The notes beneath the pieces are model-generated. The model ran no database searches, was not told the origin of the DNA, and saw only the letters and a list, made by a program, of their open reading frames with translations. Both the position numbers and the translations under genes were made by a program. Below, in pieces: positions 12,000 through 23,349 of a DNA stretch of 64,000 bases. Source of the stretch: Octopus sinensis (taxonomy: Eukaryota); contig NC_043004.1 in NCBI RefSeq assembly GCF_006345805.1, positions 93,558,001 to 93,622,000 on the forward strand, given 5' to 3'. The stretch's first letter is position 1; every line of letters starts with the position of its first letter.

Positions 12000-12547
12000 T
12001 GAGGTGGTCAAGTATGACCTTCGAACGTTGGGCCTCACAGAAGCAATGACGAAAGACAGAGACCTCTGGAGATATGCTGTGACTGCGAAGACCTGATAAA
12101 TAAAGTGAGTCCACAGTGTATCCTACACCAGCTTCACATAACCAGCCCCAGCCCATTCAAAGTACCTTGGATTGTAGAACGACCAGCTGTGCTTACCTTG
12201 GATCACAGGGTGACCTGCTGTGCTTGAGACCTATTGAGTCAAGTACATCAACATCAAAATAAAAATCAAACGGAAATTGTAGTTGTGATGCCTGTGCCAG
12301 TGGCACGTAAAAAGCACCATCCAAACGTGGCCGTTGCCAGCCTCCTCTGGCCCCTGTGCCAGTGGCACGTAAAAGGCACCCACTACACTCACGGAGTGGT
12401 TGGCGTTAGGAAAGGCATCCAGCTGTAGAAACACTGCCAAATCAGACTGGAGTTGGTGCAGCCTCCTGGCTTCCCAGAACTCCGGTCGAACCGTCCAACT
12501 CATGCTAGCATGGAAAACGGATGTTAAACGATGATGATAATGATGAA
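12000..12547 (+). mobile_element. RTE LINE 3' end (family B): ORF2 end, 3' UTR with tandem units, (GAT)n tail
   Basis: EVVKYDLRTLGLTEAMTKDRDLWRYAV runs into TGGCACGTAAAAAGCACC units and the GGTTGGCGTTAGGAAAGGCATCCAGC core. Confidence 0.8.
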
Positions 12548-12785
12548 TGTATAATAAGTCAGTTTGACACCTTATCCATACAACAATTTCTGAAATCCCA
12601 ACTAGTTTCGATTACTAGTAGTTGAAACCATTACACTTGAACCCAGTACCTCTACGTTCAGGTATGTTCTCAACTAGGTTGATTAGACTTTGCTTAGCAC
12701 ACTCTAATGATGACAAACAAATGAGTTGCTGCAATGAGTGTGGTATTTTCATTCATCTTTTTTATTGCTAAACTGAAAGACTTAC

Positions 12786-12875
12786 CTTTTCGGGATCTTG
12801 CTTTTGTCGTTCTACAGTGTTTGAATCTTTCACCATAACAACATTTCCAACATCAAAGCGATCTTCATAAAATGA
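12786..12875 (-). CDS. DOCK7: DOCK7-like exon 12 (SFYEDRFDVGNVVMVKDSNTVERQKQDPEK)
   Basis: Acceptor attgtcag|TCA, donor AAG|gtaagt, 90 nt, phase 0-0. Confidence 0.93.
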
Positions 12876-13119
12876 CTGACAATACAGAGAAGAATTGGAG
12901 AATTAGTTAAATAAAGAAAATACATCATAAACATAATAATAATGATTTATTGCAACAGACAGATATCTATTTTATGATGCTTGTCTTTGTTCAATTGTGA
13001 AATATAAGAGATATAATAGATGGAATCTTCTCTTATTTATCAGTAGAACTATATTTCATTTTTGGATTTGCTTTGCAAGATTCTTTATATGAGTTTGTGT
13101 GTTGAAGCATATTCTGTTG

Positions 13120-13332
13120 TGTCTGGGGAGAGTCATTTTCTTTTTGTGCTTTATAATTGAACACACTCACCAGTAAAATTTCCACCAGTAAATTTATTTT
13201 CCATAGGAAAATTTCCATCAGTAAATTTATTTTCCATAAGAAAATAAAAATAAAAATAAGAAATAAGTGGAAATTTTACCAGTGAGCGTGTTAAATTATA
13301 AAGCACAATAAGAAAATGACTCTCCCCAGACA
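13120..13332. mobile_element. Foldback MITE with ~66 bp TIRs, superfamily unknown
   Basis: TGTCTGGGGAGAGTCATTTTC...GTAAAATTTCCAC and its reverse complement with ~5 mismatches; internal ~31 bp tandem duplication. Confidence 0.85.
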
Positions 13333-13943
13333 TAATCAGTAGTACTAATTTTACAGATTCTAAAGGAATGGAAGGTAAACTTCAGTCAAGCCAAATTTGA
13401 TTTTGGAATAATAAGAAATTAAAAATTTAAACAACATACATCAAAACAACTAATGTGGATAGCTATCTTTTGTGTCAATATATGCACATACACACACACA
13501 CACTTACTTTTGCTTACACTACATTACTTTGTATACAAGTGAAAATAGTCATTTTAAAAATGCAGAATTTTGATGATAAAGACAAACACTAGTTTTCTTC
13601 AAGTTTAAAGGAAGTGCAGGTCTGTATCACCATAAAGCCAATTAAAAGTGTTCATAACATTGAATAAATTAATCTACCCTGAAAAGAGGTGGATACAAAT
13701 GATGAAGGATCTATTCTCTGATTTGACAACAATCATGATTACCATAGCTAGAAGGAAGGAGAATTTGTTGGCAGTGCATGAAGGAGTTCTTTGCTTCAGA
13801 TATATTTTCTTATATTACTACAATAGCCTGTGCTCCTCTCAACTAGCTACTTTTATACTACTTCCATCCAATTCCAGCTGACCCAGCTGATGTTTATAGT
13901 GGTTAGTGAGAGATTCAGATCCTGCACTGCTCACTATATTTAA

Positions 13944-14162
13944 CCCTTTAGTATTTAAACCGGCCATATCTGGCCAAAATAGTTAATCTGTTTTATGTTC
14001 AAACAGACCAGGTCCAGGCTCTCACACCTACCCTACAATGTTATTCTACATTAAGTAATTACACCATCAAGATCTTGAAGATATGAGATAATGCATGATT
14101 AATTCAAATCAATGGGAATCAATAAGCATTATGTTTGATAGAATAATCTGAACACTAAAGGG
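13944..14162. mobile_element. piggyBac-type MITE
   Basis: TTAA TSD, CCCTTTAG TIR. Confidence 0.87.
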
Positions 14163-14523
14163 TTAAACCTTCCTGTCTAGAACATCAGGAATTTATTTGC
14201 CATTGTAGAAGAATGACTCAACATATTCAACAAAGAAACAACAAACCTTCAACAAAAATCACTGGCCAACAAAGGAAAAACCATGAAAAAAATTTCACAG
14301 TTTGGAGGTTAAGGATATGGTGGAAAGCCTCTAGCCTCAAATATTATTAGGTGACTATCCACTGCTACACTAACTCATAATCAATTAGAACAAAGAATGC
14401 CTATGAAAAAAAAATCAATGTTCACTCTTGATCAATTACACTCCAGATTTTGGTCCAGAGTCAACTAAATCAACAAACTCCCAACATATGTCCTGATTGC
14501 CATGTTCAAGCTTTGCAGCCATT

Positions 14524-14938
14524 CAAGCTGAAAAGGCTGAAGACGCTCGACCTTTATTCTCTAGAAAAACGACGACGCCGTGGTGATCTCATTCTTGCTC
14601 ACAACATCATAAGCGGAAAGTGTAACCTCTCAAAAGAGCTGTTCTTCACTCCTGCTCCAGAACGTCGGCTGCGGGGTCACTCCGAAAAACTCTATCTGCA
14701 ATGATTTCATCTCAATCAAAGGAGAGGGGCTTTCTCCGTCCGGGTTGTGAATCTGTGGAATAAGCTGCCGGACGAGATAGTGAAGATGCCGACGACCACT
14801 CGGTTCAAAGTCACCCTTGACCACAAATGGCCTGAACTCTTTGCATGAACACCACCCTGTACATAACTCCATGTCCCCCTACATGGCCTTGCTTTTTGCT
14901 TTTTGAGCCAAAAAATTAACTTAACTTAACTTAACTAA
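14524..14938 (+). mobile_element. CR1-clade LINE 3' fragment, same family as 11258-11770, opposite orientation
   Basis: RLKTLDLYSLEKRRRRGDLILAHNIISGK; about 20 mismatches over ~385 bp against the other copy by eye; (CTTAA)n tail. Confidence 0.88.
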
Positions 14939-15132
14939 GATCAGTCAGGTCATGTTCATTGCCCCTTTCTCCTGATAAACCTCATAAGAAAAAAAAACCC
15001 CCAGAGATTTGCTTTTTGTTTGGAGTATTTTATTTTGTCATCCTGCCTCCTTTAACAAAACAACCTAACTGAATCTGTTACAAAAGGAATATAACAACAA
15101 CAATATCTTAATGCAATAAAGGAAAAACATAC

Positions 15133-15267
15133 TTCAAGTCGATGAGAAATTTCTGGTAATTTTGTAATGGCTGGTTCCTTGTATATAAATTCTTCTCCAT
15201 CAAGGTCTCCAAATTTATGACCATAGAAACCAACTCGGAAATAAGTTCCAAAAACTCGTTTTCCTTC
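15133..15267 (-). CDS. DOCK7: DOCK7-like exon 11 ([45 protein letters not shown])
   Basis: Acceptor ttttcag|GAA, donor GAA|gtatgt, 135 nt, phase 0-0. Confidence 0.97.
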
Positions 15268-15484
15268 CTGAAAATAGCAATATATTCATAAAAAGAGAGG
15301 ATCAGAACACACAGAGTAGTTATAAAATAAAGTCTCAGTTTTATATAACTTAATAAATCCTACTACATCTGTTGATTATATTTTGTTCATACATAAAATC
15401 ATACACAATTACATCATGGTAGAGCCATTGTAAGCATTAGAAAATGTACACACAACTACATTCACTTTAACTTAATTACTATAA

Positions 15485-15895
15485 ATGTGGGCTACAGCAA
15501 AGAGAGAAGAACAGAGATTGGTAACGGGTCAAAGAGCCATGGAGAGGTCAACGATTGGAATCTCGTCGGGAGAACACATCAGTAGCGAGGTCATCAGAGA
15601 GAAGTCTGGCGTGAGGGATGTCATCGTAAAATATACACGCAGCAAGTTTAGATGGGCTGGACACGTTGCCTGGCTCACCAATAATCGGTGGACCCGTGCA
15701 GTTGTCAAGTGGTACTTGCGCGAGCGGAAATGACCACCCGGAAGGCCTCCAAGATGGTGGAGTTACGATTTCAGGAGGGCGATTGGGATCACGTGGATGA
15801 GAAAGGCGCGATCCAGAGAAGAGTGGACAGCGTGCTGTGACCAGCAGTGTCAAATGGACGCCCGACGGACTGGTCAGTCAAGGTAATCAAGGTGA
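15485..15895 (+). mobile_element. RTE-clade LINE 3' fragment
   Basis: QRAMERS...IREKSGVRDVI...KFRWAGHVA...RW...W..R..K*PPGRPP.W. Confidence 0.85.
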
Positions 15896-15961
15896 CTATT
15901 TTATAATAATAATATATTATTATTAGGTTATCAGTCTTTCATCATATAGTAACTACACTGA

Positions 15962-16278
15962 TGAAGGTGCATGACATAATGGTTAGGGTATTCAGTTCAT
16001 AATCGTAAGGTCATGAGTTCAACTCCCAGTGGCACATTATGTTTTTGCATAAGACACTATATTTCATTTTGCTCCAGTCCACCCAGCTGGCACAAATGAA
16101 TTTGTACCTGTATTCCCAAAGGGTCAGCCTTGTCACATTCTGTCATGCTGAATTTCCCTGAGAACTATGTTAGGGGTACGTGCGTCTGTGGAGTACTCAG
16201 CCACTTGCATGTTAATTCCATAGGCACGCAGTTCCATTGATCATATCAACTGGAACCCTCATGACCATAACTAACAGA
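15962..16278 (+). mobile_element. SINE family E copy (alternative tail)
   Basis: Core CAGCCTTGTCACA..CTGTCATGCTGAAT..CCCTGAGAACTATGTTA.GGGTAC shared with the 28.3 kb copy. Confidence 0.75.
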
Positions 16279-16635
16279 ATCATCATCATCATCATCATCA
16301 TCATCATTTAACGTCCGCTTTCCATGCTAGCATGGGTTGGACGGTTCAACTGGGGTCTGGGGAGCCCGAAAGCTGCACCAGTCCAGTCAGATCTGGCAGT
16401 GTTTCTACAGCTGGATGCCCTTCCTAACGCCAACCACTCCGAGAGTGTAGTGGGTGATTTTATGTGCCACCGACACAGGTGCCAGACGAGGCTGGCAAAC
16501 GGCCACGCTCGGATGTGCCACCGACACAGGTGCCAGACGAGGCTGGCAGACGGCCACGCTCGGATGGTGTTTTTATGTGCCACCGACATAGGTGCCAGAT
16601 GAGGCTGGCAAACGGCCACGATCGGAGGCAGTTAT
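16279..16635 (-). mobile_element. Family B RTE 3' UTR copy with internal ~51 bp tandem duplication
   Basis: (CAT)n then TTTAACGTCCGCTTTCCATGCTAGC; repeated ATGTGCCACCGACACAGGTGCCAGACGAGGCTGGCA. Confidence 0.85.
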
Positions 16636-16956
16636 GAAATAAAACATGTAAAAAAAGATGAAAAAAGACTAGGCTGATATTATATTGTATCATGGTGAAG
16701 TATTAGCGAACAGTTGTAGATGAATGGCAAAGGTCTCTGATATATTATAATACATATGATTACTAAATAATAAAAAGTGAATACAACAGCTATGTGTGTG
16801 TTAGCCACAACTCAATTTCTGATCAAGTACTGTTTATATATATGCCAGCATGGACAAGAGAACATTAAATGATGATGACAATAATACATACATACACACA
16901 CACACATATATATATATGTATGTATGTATGTATATATATATATTAATGTATATATG

Positions 16957-17003
<47 letters not shown>

Positions 17004-17007
<4 letters not shown>

Positions 17008-17313
17008 GAAATGAAGAAAATGCTGACAAAATAATTTAAGTAAAGGAGAGTGTATTTAATTAGGTGAAAGTTCTTTTTACCGGTTGCGCATTTGTTATGC
17101 TTATCAAAAGATATATTTTTAAGAGAGATAGAGTTCCTTTCTGATAGATTTTTTCCTCTTATCCGATAAGAGGAAAAAATCTATCAGAAAGGAACTCTAT
17201 CTCTCTTAAAAAAATATCTTTTGATAAGCATAACAAATGCGCAACCGGTAAAAAGAACTTTCACCTAATTAAATTACTTAAATTATTTTGTCAGCATTTT
17301 CTTCATTTCCTTT
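17004..17313. repeat. ~310 bp near-perfect palindrome with a 1-nt centre at 17164
   Basis: Arms are reverse complements except one substitution and an 11-nt insertion (AGGAGAGTGTA) in the left arm. Confidence 0.95.
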
Positions 17314-17390
17314 TTTATATATCACAACTCGTGTTCCACATCTCCTTTTTTAAATATATATATATATATATATGTGTGTGTGTATATATA

Positions 17391-17790
17391 TCATCATCAT
17401 CTTCATCATCGTTTAACGTCCACTTTCCATGCTAGCATGGGTTGGACGATTTGACTGAAGTCTGGCGAACCAGATGCCTGCACCAAACTCCATTCTGATC
17501 TGGCAGAGTTTCTACAACTTGATGCCCTTCCTAACGCCAACCACTCCGAGAGTGTAGTGGGTGCTTTTACGTGCCACTGGCACGAGGGCCAGTCAGGCGG
17601 TACTAGCAACGGCCATGCTCAAATGGTGCATTTTATGTGCTACCTGCACAGGAGCCAGTCCAGCAGCACTGGCAACGACCTTGCTCGAATGCTTTTTCAC
17701 GTGCCACCAGCACAAGTGCTAGTAAGGCAACACAGGTAACCATCACGCTCGAATGGTGTTTTTAATGTGCCATCGGCACGGAGGCCTGCT
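17391..17790 (-). mobile_element. Family B RTE 3' UTR copy (diverged subfamily)
   Basis: Reverse complement of the shared core and units. Confidence 0.8.
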
Positions 17791-18248
17791 TGATCAGGGC
17801 CTAAATAACAATATGGCAACTTTACACCTAACCACCAAAATAAAATAGACATTATAATGATGCCAGTTAGCATATAGTGCTGAATTTCAGTAGCTTGGTT
17901 GGCCCTAAGGGTAGGCAACAGAAAAGCTACTCTAATGAATGTCTATCTCAACATCTGCTGAAATCTGCTTTATCAATGTGAGGTGATATCTTCAATGACA
18001 ACAATAGCAGCAGCCAAAATATTTAGTTTACATACAGAATACAATGAACCATATAGATTGTACAAACTTTATATCATTACTACTGAAATATCAGTGCCAT
18101 CACAAAACTTCAACAATGGTGTCTGAGTGAAATCCATTTGTTAATCAAATAGACTGAAGCATCAAAATTATGAACCACAAACTAGGGAGGGAAATCTGAA
18201 TTTATTTGCTACAAGTGTAGGCTAAAAACAATGTTGAAAATATCTTAC

Positions 18249-18380
18249 CATTTTGATGGTGTTTGTGAAAGCTTCGTGTAATTTATTATGGATGTGCGCC
18301 AACCTTTTATAATCCCTGTTTGCTTCATGTATTGGAATCAAAATTTTATATACTTCGTTCACAGCTTCATACATGCCACA
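18249..18380 (-). CDS. DOCK7: DOCK7-like exon 10 ([44 protein letters not shown])
   Basis: Acceptor tttttcag|TGT, donor ATG|gtaaga, 132 nt. Confidence 0.96.
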
Positions 18381-19508
18381 CTGAAAAATAAAAAGGAAAA
18401 CTGATTTCTTTAACTAAGAAAAAATGGAGGAAAAAAATCTTTCTTTTACTAGTTTCAACCATTGCAATGAAACCCTAGACATCCCTCAGACAAAATAAGT
18501 ACTAATAAAATACTTAGACAAAATACCCCAAACAGCCGTGCCCCAATACTGTACTCTAGAACAATCAAACTTTCTTCAAAAGTTTTTGCAGTAAGCTCTT
18601 AAATAATTAATATGAATCGTGTCTCATTAAGGCCAGATGAGATACAAACATTTCTCAATTGTCGAGGCTGACTAGATTGTTACTATTGTAAAGACAGAAG
18701 GGATAGTAGGGTGCTGGAAACAGTAGAGGACCTTGGTCCCTATATTCTGATATACAATGCTGGAAAAGTCTGAATTTATTTCTTATCTTTCTGAAGTCAT
18801 TAAATAAAATACCAGTCCTATACTGGTTCTATTCAATCAACTATAAAACCACTATTAAAATGGGTGGGTGTCAATGAAAGAAAATAGTTTTATGAGTCTA
18901 AAGCTATAAATCCTGCCAAACACAATGTCAAGTAAATAAAAGTTGAAGACAAATTAAGTGCTACGGGTTTTAGATAAGTGAACAGAATTAGTCACATGGT
19001 ACATGTTTGGCTTTGTTAAGTTAAACACTTGACATAAGATAGGAGGGGAAAATGAGGGAGACCAAGTGAAAGACTGTGTATGTGAATAAGACAGTGAAGG
19101 AGGAAACATATATAGAGAAGATAAGAGATAAGACACACACATTAATACATGAGAGAGAGAGAGAGAAATGAGAAATGAGAGAAGAAGGAAAGAAAAATGA
19201 GAAGGTAGAGTGAGAGAAGAGAGAAAGGAAAATGAGAGAGGGGAGAGTGAGAAGAAAGAGAGAGAGACAAAGGATGAAAAATTATGAGAAATGCAGGGTG
19301 GTTAAAATGGCAAAAATATAATGAAAGCAACAAAATTTGACACATTTCAAACTTATGATGCCTAGTAGGACTGGACCACCACTGATAAAGAATGGACATA
19401 TATATATATATATATATGGCATCCCATCCAGGTGGGGAACCTATATGCCAATGAAACCAGGAAACTGGCCCTTACGAGCCAGGCATGGTTCGAGAAGGAA
19501 CAAACAAA

Positions 19509-19558
<50 letters not shown>

Positions 19559-19661
19559 GGTTACTTCAAATGAATAAACAATAACAGACAACAAGAGGAT
19601 ATGCACAAGGAGAGTATTATATATATATATATATAATGATAACAAAAGCTGATATACTCAC

Positions 19662-19805
19662 CATTGAAAAGGAACCACAGGCCTGTTCCAAAAGACCAAT
19701 AAGGCCACTCTCTGAAAAATATTTGCCAGTACAAATACCTTCTTCTTCAGGTGAAACAACATCATCAGATACTGCACTTTCTTCAAGAACATTGGAAGAA
19801 ATTTT
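19662..19805 (-). CDS. DOCK7: DOCK7-like exon 9 ([48 protein letters not shown])
   Basis: Acceptor ctcacag|AAA, donor ATG|gtgagt, 144 nt. Confidence 0.96.
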
Positions 19806-20039
19806 CTGTGAGAATTTAGAAGAAAAAAGTGTAAAAAGATGTCAGTTTAAACTTATGAGTAGGATGAGTTTAACGAAGCATCTTCCCACACATTTCATTT
19901 CTGTTGTGATCTTATCTACAATGTCCAGTGTTCTCAAATCCAATTTCTCCTAATGCCTCTGATACAAGCGTCCACTCTAGGTACCGTTAGTGCTACTACT
20001 AACGAAATATTTCTTTCCCTAGCAACTTACATCCATTCT

Positions 20040-20199
20040 CATGGATTAGCAAAATTATTTGAATAGCAGACAAAATGTCAGTGGTATTTAATCATGTCCC
20101 TTTACATTTTGAGTTCAAATTCTGCTGAGGGTATTAATTTGCTTTCTGATCATCAAGAGCGGTTGACAATAAAATAAAGTGTCAGTCAAGTACTGGAGT
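20040..20199 (+). mobile_element. SINE family C copy interrupted by a piggyBac MITE
   Basis: Runs to AGTACTGGAGT, then TTAA CCC. Confidence 0.6.
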
Positions 20200-20203
20200 T
20201 TAA

Positions 20204-20424
20204 CCCTTTAGCATTTAAACTGGCCATATCTGGCCAAAAGTATTCTGCCTGTTTTATGTTCAAACTGGCCAGATCTGGTCTCTCACACCAACCCTACAAT
20301 ATCATCCTAAAAATTAACAGCTACCTCATCAAAATCTCATCGCTACAAGATAATGCATGATTAGTTCAAAACAATGTAGATGAAGAAGCATTAATTTTGG
20401 CAGAATAATGCGAACACTAAAGGG
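20204..20424. mobile_element. piggyBac-type MITE, close to the 4871 copy
   Basis: TTAA TSD, CCCTTTAG TIR. Confidence 0.88.
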
Positions 20425-20730
20425 TTAATTTAATATTCGTATGAAATATTCTGGATATGAATGAAATTATCACAGGCAACTAAGACAAGTTATATTTCTT
20501 GCATAAATTTTCCAATACTTTTGGTACTCAGCCATTTTCTCAATGGGTCTACATTCCACTTTTCCCATAAGTTAGCAATTCAAATTCACTTAACCTCACT
20601 CAACATTTCTCTCCAATCCCTCTAAACCATCCGTATTCTCTATTCATATTTCATTGCAAGACAGCAAGCACATTACTCACACACAGGTCACATAATTTGC
20701 CTCTTGCAACAAGAGATGGAACATACTTAA

Positions 20731-20950
20731 CCCTTTAGCATTCAGATTATTCTGTCAAATGTAAAGCTTATGTATTCACACCATGTAAAATTAATCTTGC
20801 ATCATTTCATGGCTTTGAGATTTCAATGATGTGATTGTTTATTTTTAAAATGACACAATAAGATAGCTATGAATGACCATATCTGACTAGTTTGAGCATA
20901 AAATAGGTAGAATATTTTGGCCGGATATGTCCGGTTTATACACTAAAGGG
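20731..20950. mobile_element. piggyBac-type MITE, inverted relative to the 20204 copy
   Basis: TTAA TSD, CCCTTTAG TIR. Confidence 0.85.
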
Positions 20951-21296
20951 TTAAAGTTAGGAACTAAATCAGACATGGGAAATCTTTTTTGAGAAGTGGG
21001 TCATGTGAGACATAACTCTTCATCGGGCAGGCCACACTTCTAAAGAATATTAATAAACGTTATTACCATGTGAAATAAAGCATGCCATTCAGTAAGGCCT
21101 GTGGGCTGCATTTTGTCTGTGACTCATCTAAATGAAGATTTCCTTTTAATTACACACGAGAAATATCATAAATAAATGATGGAACTTCAGTATATTACTG
21201 GTGCACTGATCCTTCAGTGGTGTTTCAACAAACTATTAGTTTACAACCATACATATCTGTGATAACTATATTGTACCCAAAAAGGTCACCAAGCAT

Positions 21297-21540
21297 AGAT
21301 TGGCATATTTCGGTCATATTATGCGGAGAAAATCCCTGGAGAAGGACATCATGCTCAGAATGGTCAGTGGCAAGAGAGGAAGAGGCCAATCAAGAACCCG
21401 CTGGTTTGACACCATCAAGAATGATACCGGAATGGACATAGCTAGTCTGAAAGAAGCGGCCCAGGATAGAACTGACTGGAGGACACTGATCCAATGAGTA
21501 ACCGAGAGTCGACTTCGACTGAGCGGATAGATAGATAGAC
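21297..21540 (+). mobile_element. RTE-like LINE 3' fragment
   Basis: YFGHIMRRKSLEKDIML.MVSGKRGRG..RTRWFD.IK...DRTDWR, then a (GATA)n tail. Confidence 0.85.
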
Positions 21541-21654
21541 CCAAAAAGGAGCTGAGGACATTTCTTTTAAAACACTCTCCTAACCATTTATAAGTGAGTG
21601 AGAATAACACAGGGTCTCTATAAGTCCAGTTAAATTGTGTACATACTTCTGCAG

Positions 21655-21885
21655 CAGTGTAGCTAATATGGTTCTCAAATTCTGGTACAAGGCCAGCAAT
21701 TTCGGGGGTGGAGGTAAGTCGATTACCTTGACTCCAGTGCTCAACTGGTACATATTTCGTTGACCCCGAAACGATGAACGGCAAAGTTAACCTTGGCAGA
21801 ATTTGAACTCAGAAAATAAAGATGGATGAAATGTCACTAAGTATTTTGCCTGGCATGCAAATGATTCTGCCAGCTCACTGCCCTC
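21655..21885 (-). mobile_element. SINE family C copy
   Basis: Family match. Confidence 0.8.
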
Positions 21886-22322
21886 AGTGTAGTTAATATT
21901 GGGCAGAAAGGGTCATATCACTGGATACTAGCAATATCCTCTTATTTTACCAGTGTGATCTGAAAGTGGCAATAACTGAACTCTTAGCTATAATTTGGTC
22001 GTAAGGAAGAACTAGTTGTTGCCTATGAATATTACGTACCTGGCAATGAACCAATGAATGAGTCTCTACATACTGGTTACTAGTTATGTTAGAAACAGTA
22101 GCCAAATCTCCCTCAAATCAGGCCTTACTGTCTTCAAAAAATGAAAGGACACATTAGATTATGTAGTCCAAGATAATTTCAATATGGCATGAAGGTCATG
22201 ACTGGAATGTTTTTGATAATAAGTTTGCTAATTCAGCGCTGATCTGATAGTAGACAACAACCTACTCATTAAATGTAGAAATGTGGCTATATTTCACAGA
22301 TCCAATAATGAAGAACTGATAA

Positions 22323-22369
22323 CATGGATGATGATGACGATGATGATGATGGTGTTCGTGTTGGTGGTG

Positions 22370-22402
<33 letters not shown>

Positions 22403-22410
22403 ATAGTAGT
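22323..22410. repeat. Compound trinucleotide microsatellite (GAT)n(GGT)n(AGT)n next to the exon 8 donor
   Basis: Read directly. Confidence 0.9.
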
Positions 22411-22427
22411 AAACTGAAACTACTGAC

Positions 22428-22544
22428 CTGAAAGTCGACACAGCCCACCGGCAGGTGAGGCCTGTCTTCCAACATATTGAGGTACTCTGCCACCAAACCC
22501 GCAGCATGAATGAGACAATGGGCAGCTTCTGCATTGTTCTTTCG
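22428..22544 (-). CDS. DOCK7: DOCK7-like exon 8 ([39 protein letters not shown])
   Basis: Acceptor tctacag|CGA, donor CAG|gtcagt, 117 nt. Confidence 0.96.
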
Positions 22545-23349
22545 CTGTAGAAGAAAATAGGAAAATAGGCAAGAGAATTTAATGAAAAGATCTGGTAAAT
22601 GATGGCAATTAAAGAATGAATGGCTAAATGCAGTTTTCCAAGATTCCTGATGAACATTACAACTTAGCTTCAAGAACCAGATAGATACAAAAAAAAAAAA
22701 AAAAAAATCAACAAAGGGTGCTCCTATGTAATAAATCGGTCTGCTAGAAATAACAGCCAAACTTCCACCAAATCACAACTTATATATGCTTAAAACAGAA
22801 AGGGCCCATTAGATGTACTGAGTCTCAGTAAAAGACACAATGATCATGAGTATAACATCTATGGTTATAAAGAAATCTATATATATGGATTCATTTATAT
22901 TATAGTACAAGGCTGACAGCTGAAAACCTTTTCTACAGTGCAAGTAATTAATAAATATATATACAGGCACATATCTATATATAAGTATCTATCTATCTAT
23001 CTATATGTATGTATATATGTATTTGTAATACTAAATTTAAGTTAATTAGGTATTATATTATTTGATATTTAGTCAATTTTGTTATAGATTGTTATATTAA
23101 ATCTATAGATACTACACATGTATATTTATTATATGGTTAGCTTACTTAAGGAGTTTGTCGATATTTGAAACATTTCTTATTTTGATTACAATTTAATGAC
23201 TTGTAATAACTTTGTGTATTTTTTTTAATTCTTTAATTATTGAAGTATTATTTTATTTTTCACTTATGTATACTTAGGATTTTCATATACATATATATAT
23301 ATTAAAGTATATTTATTAATTAATTATTTTATTGTTCTATTTTATTTTT

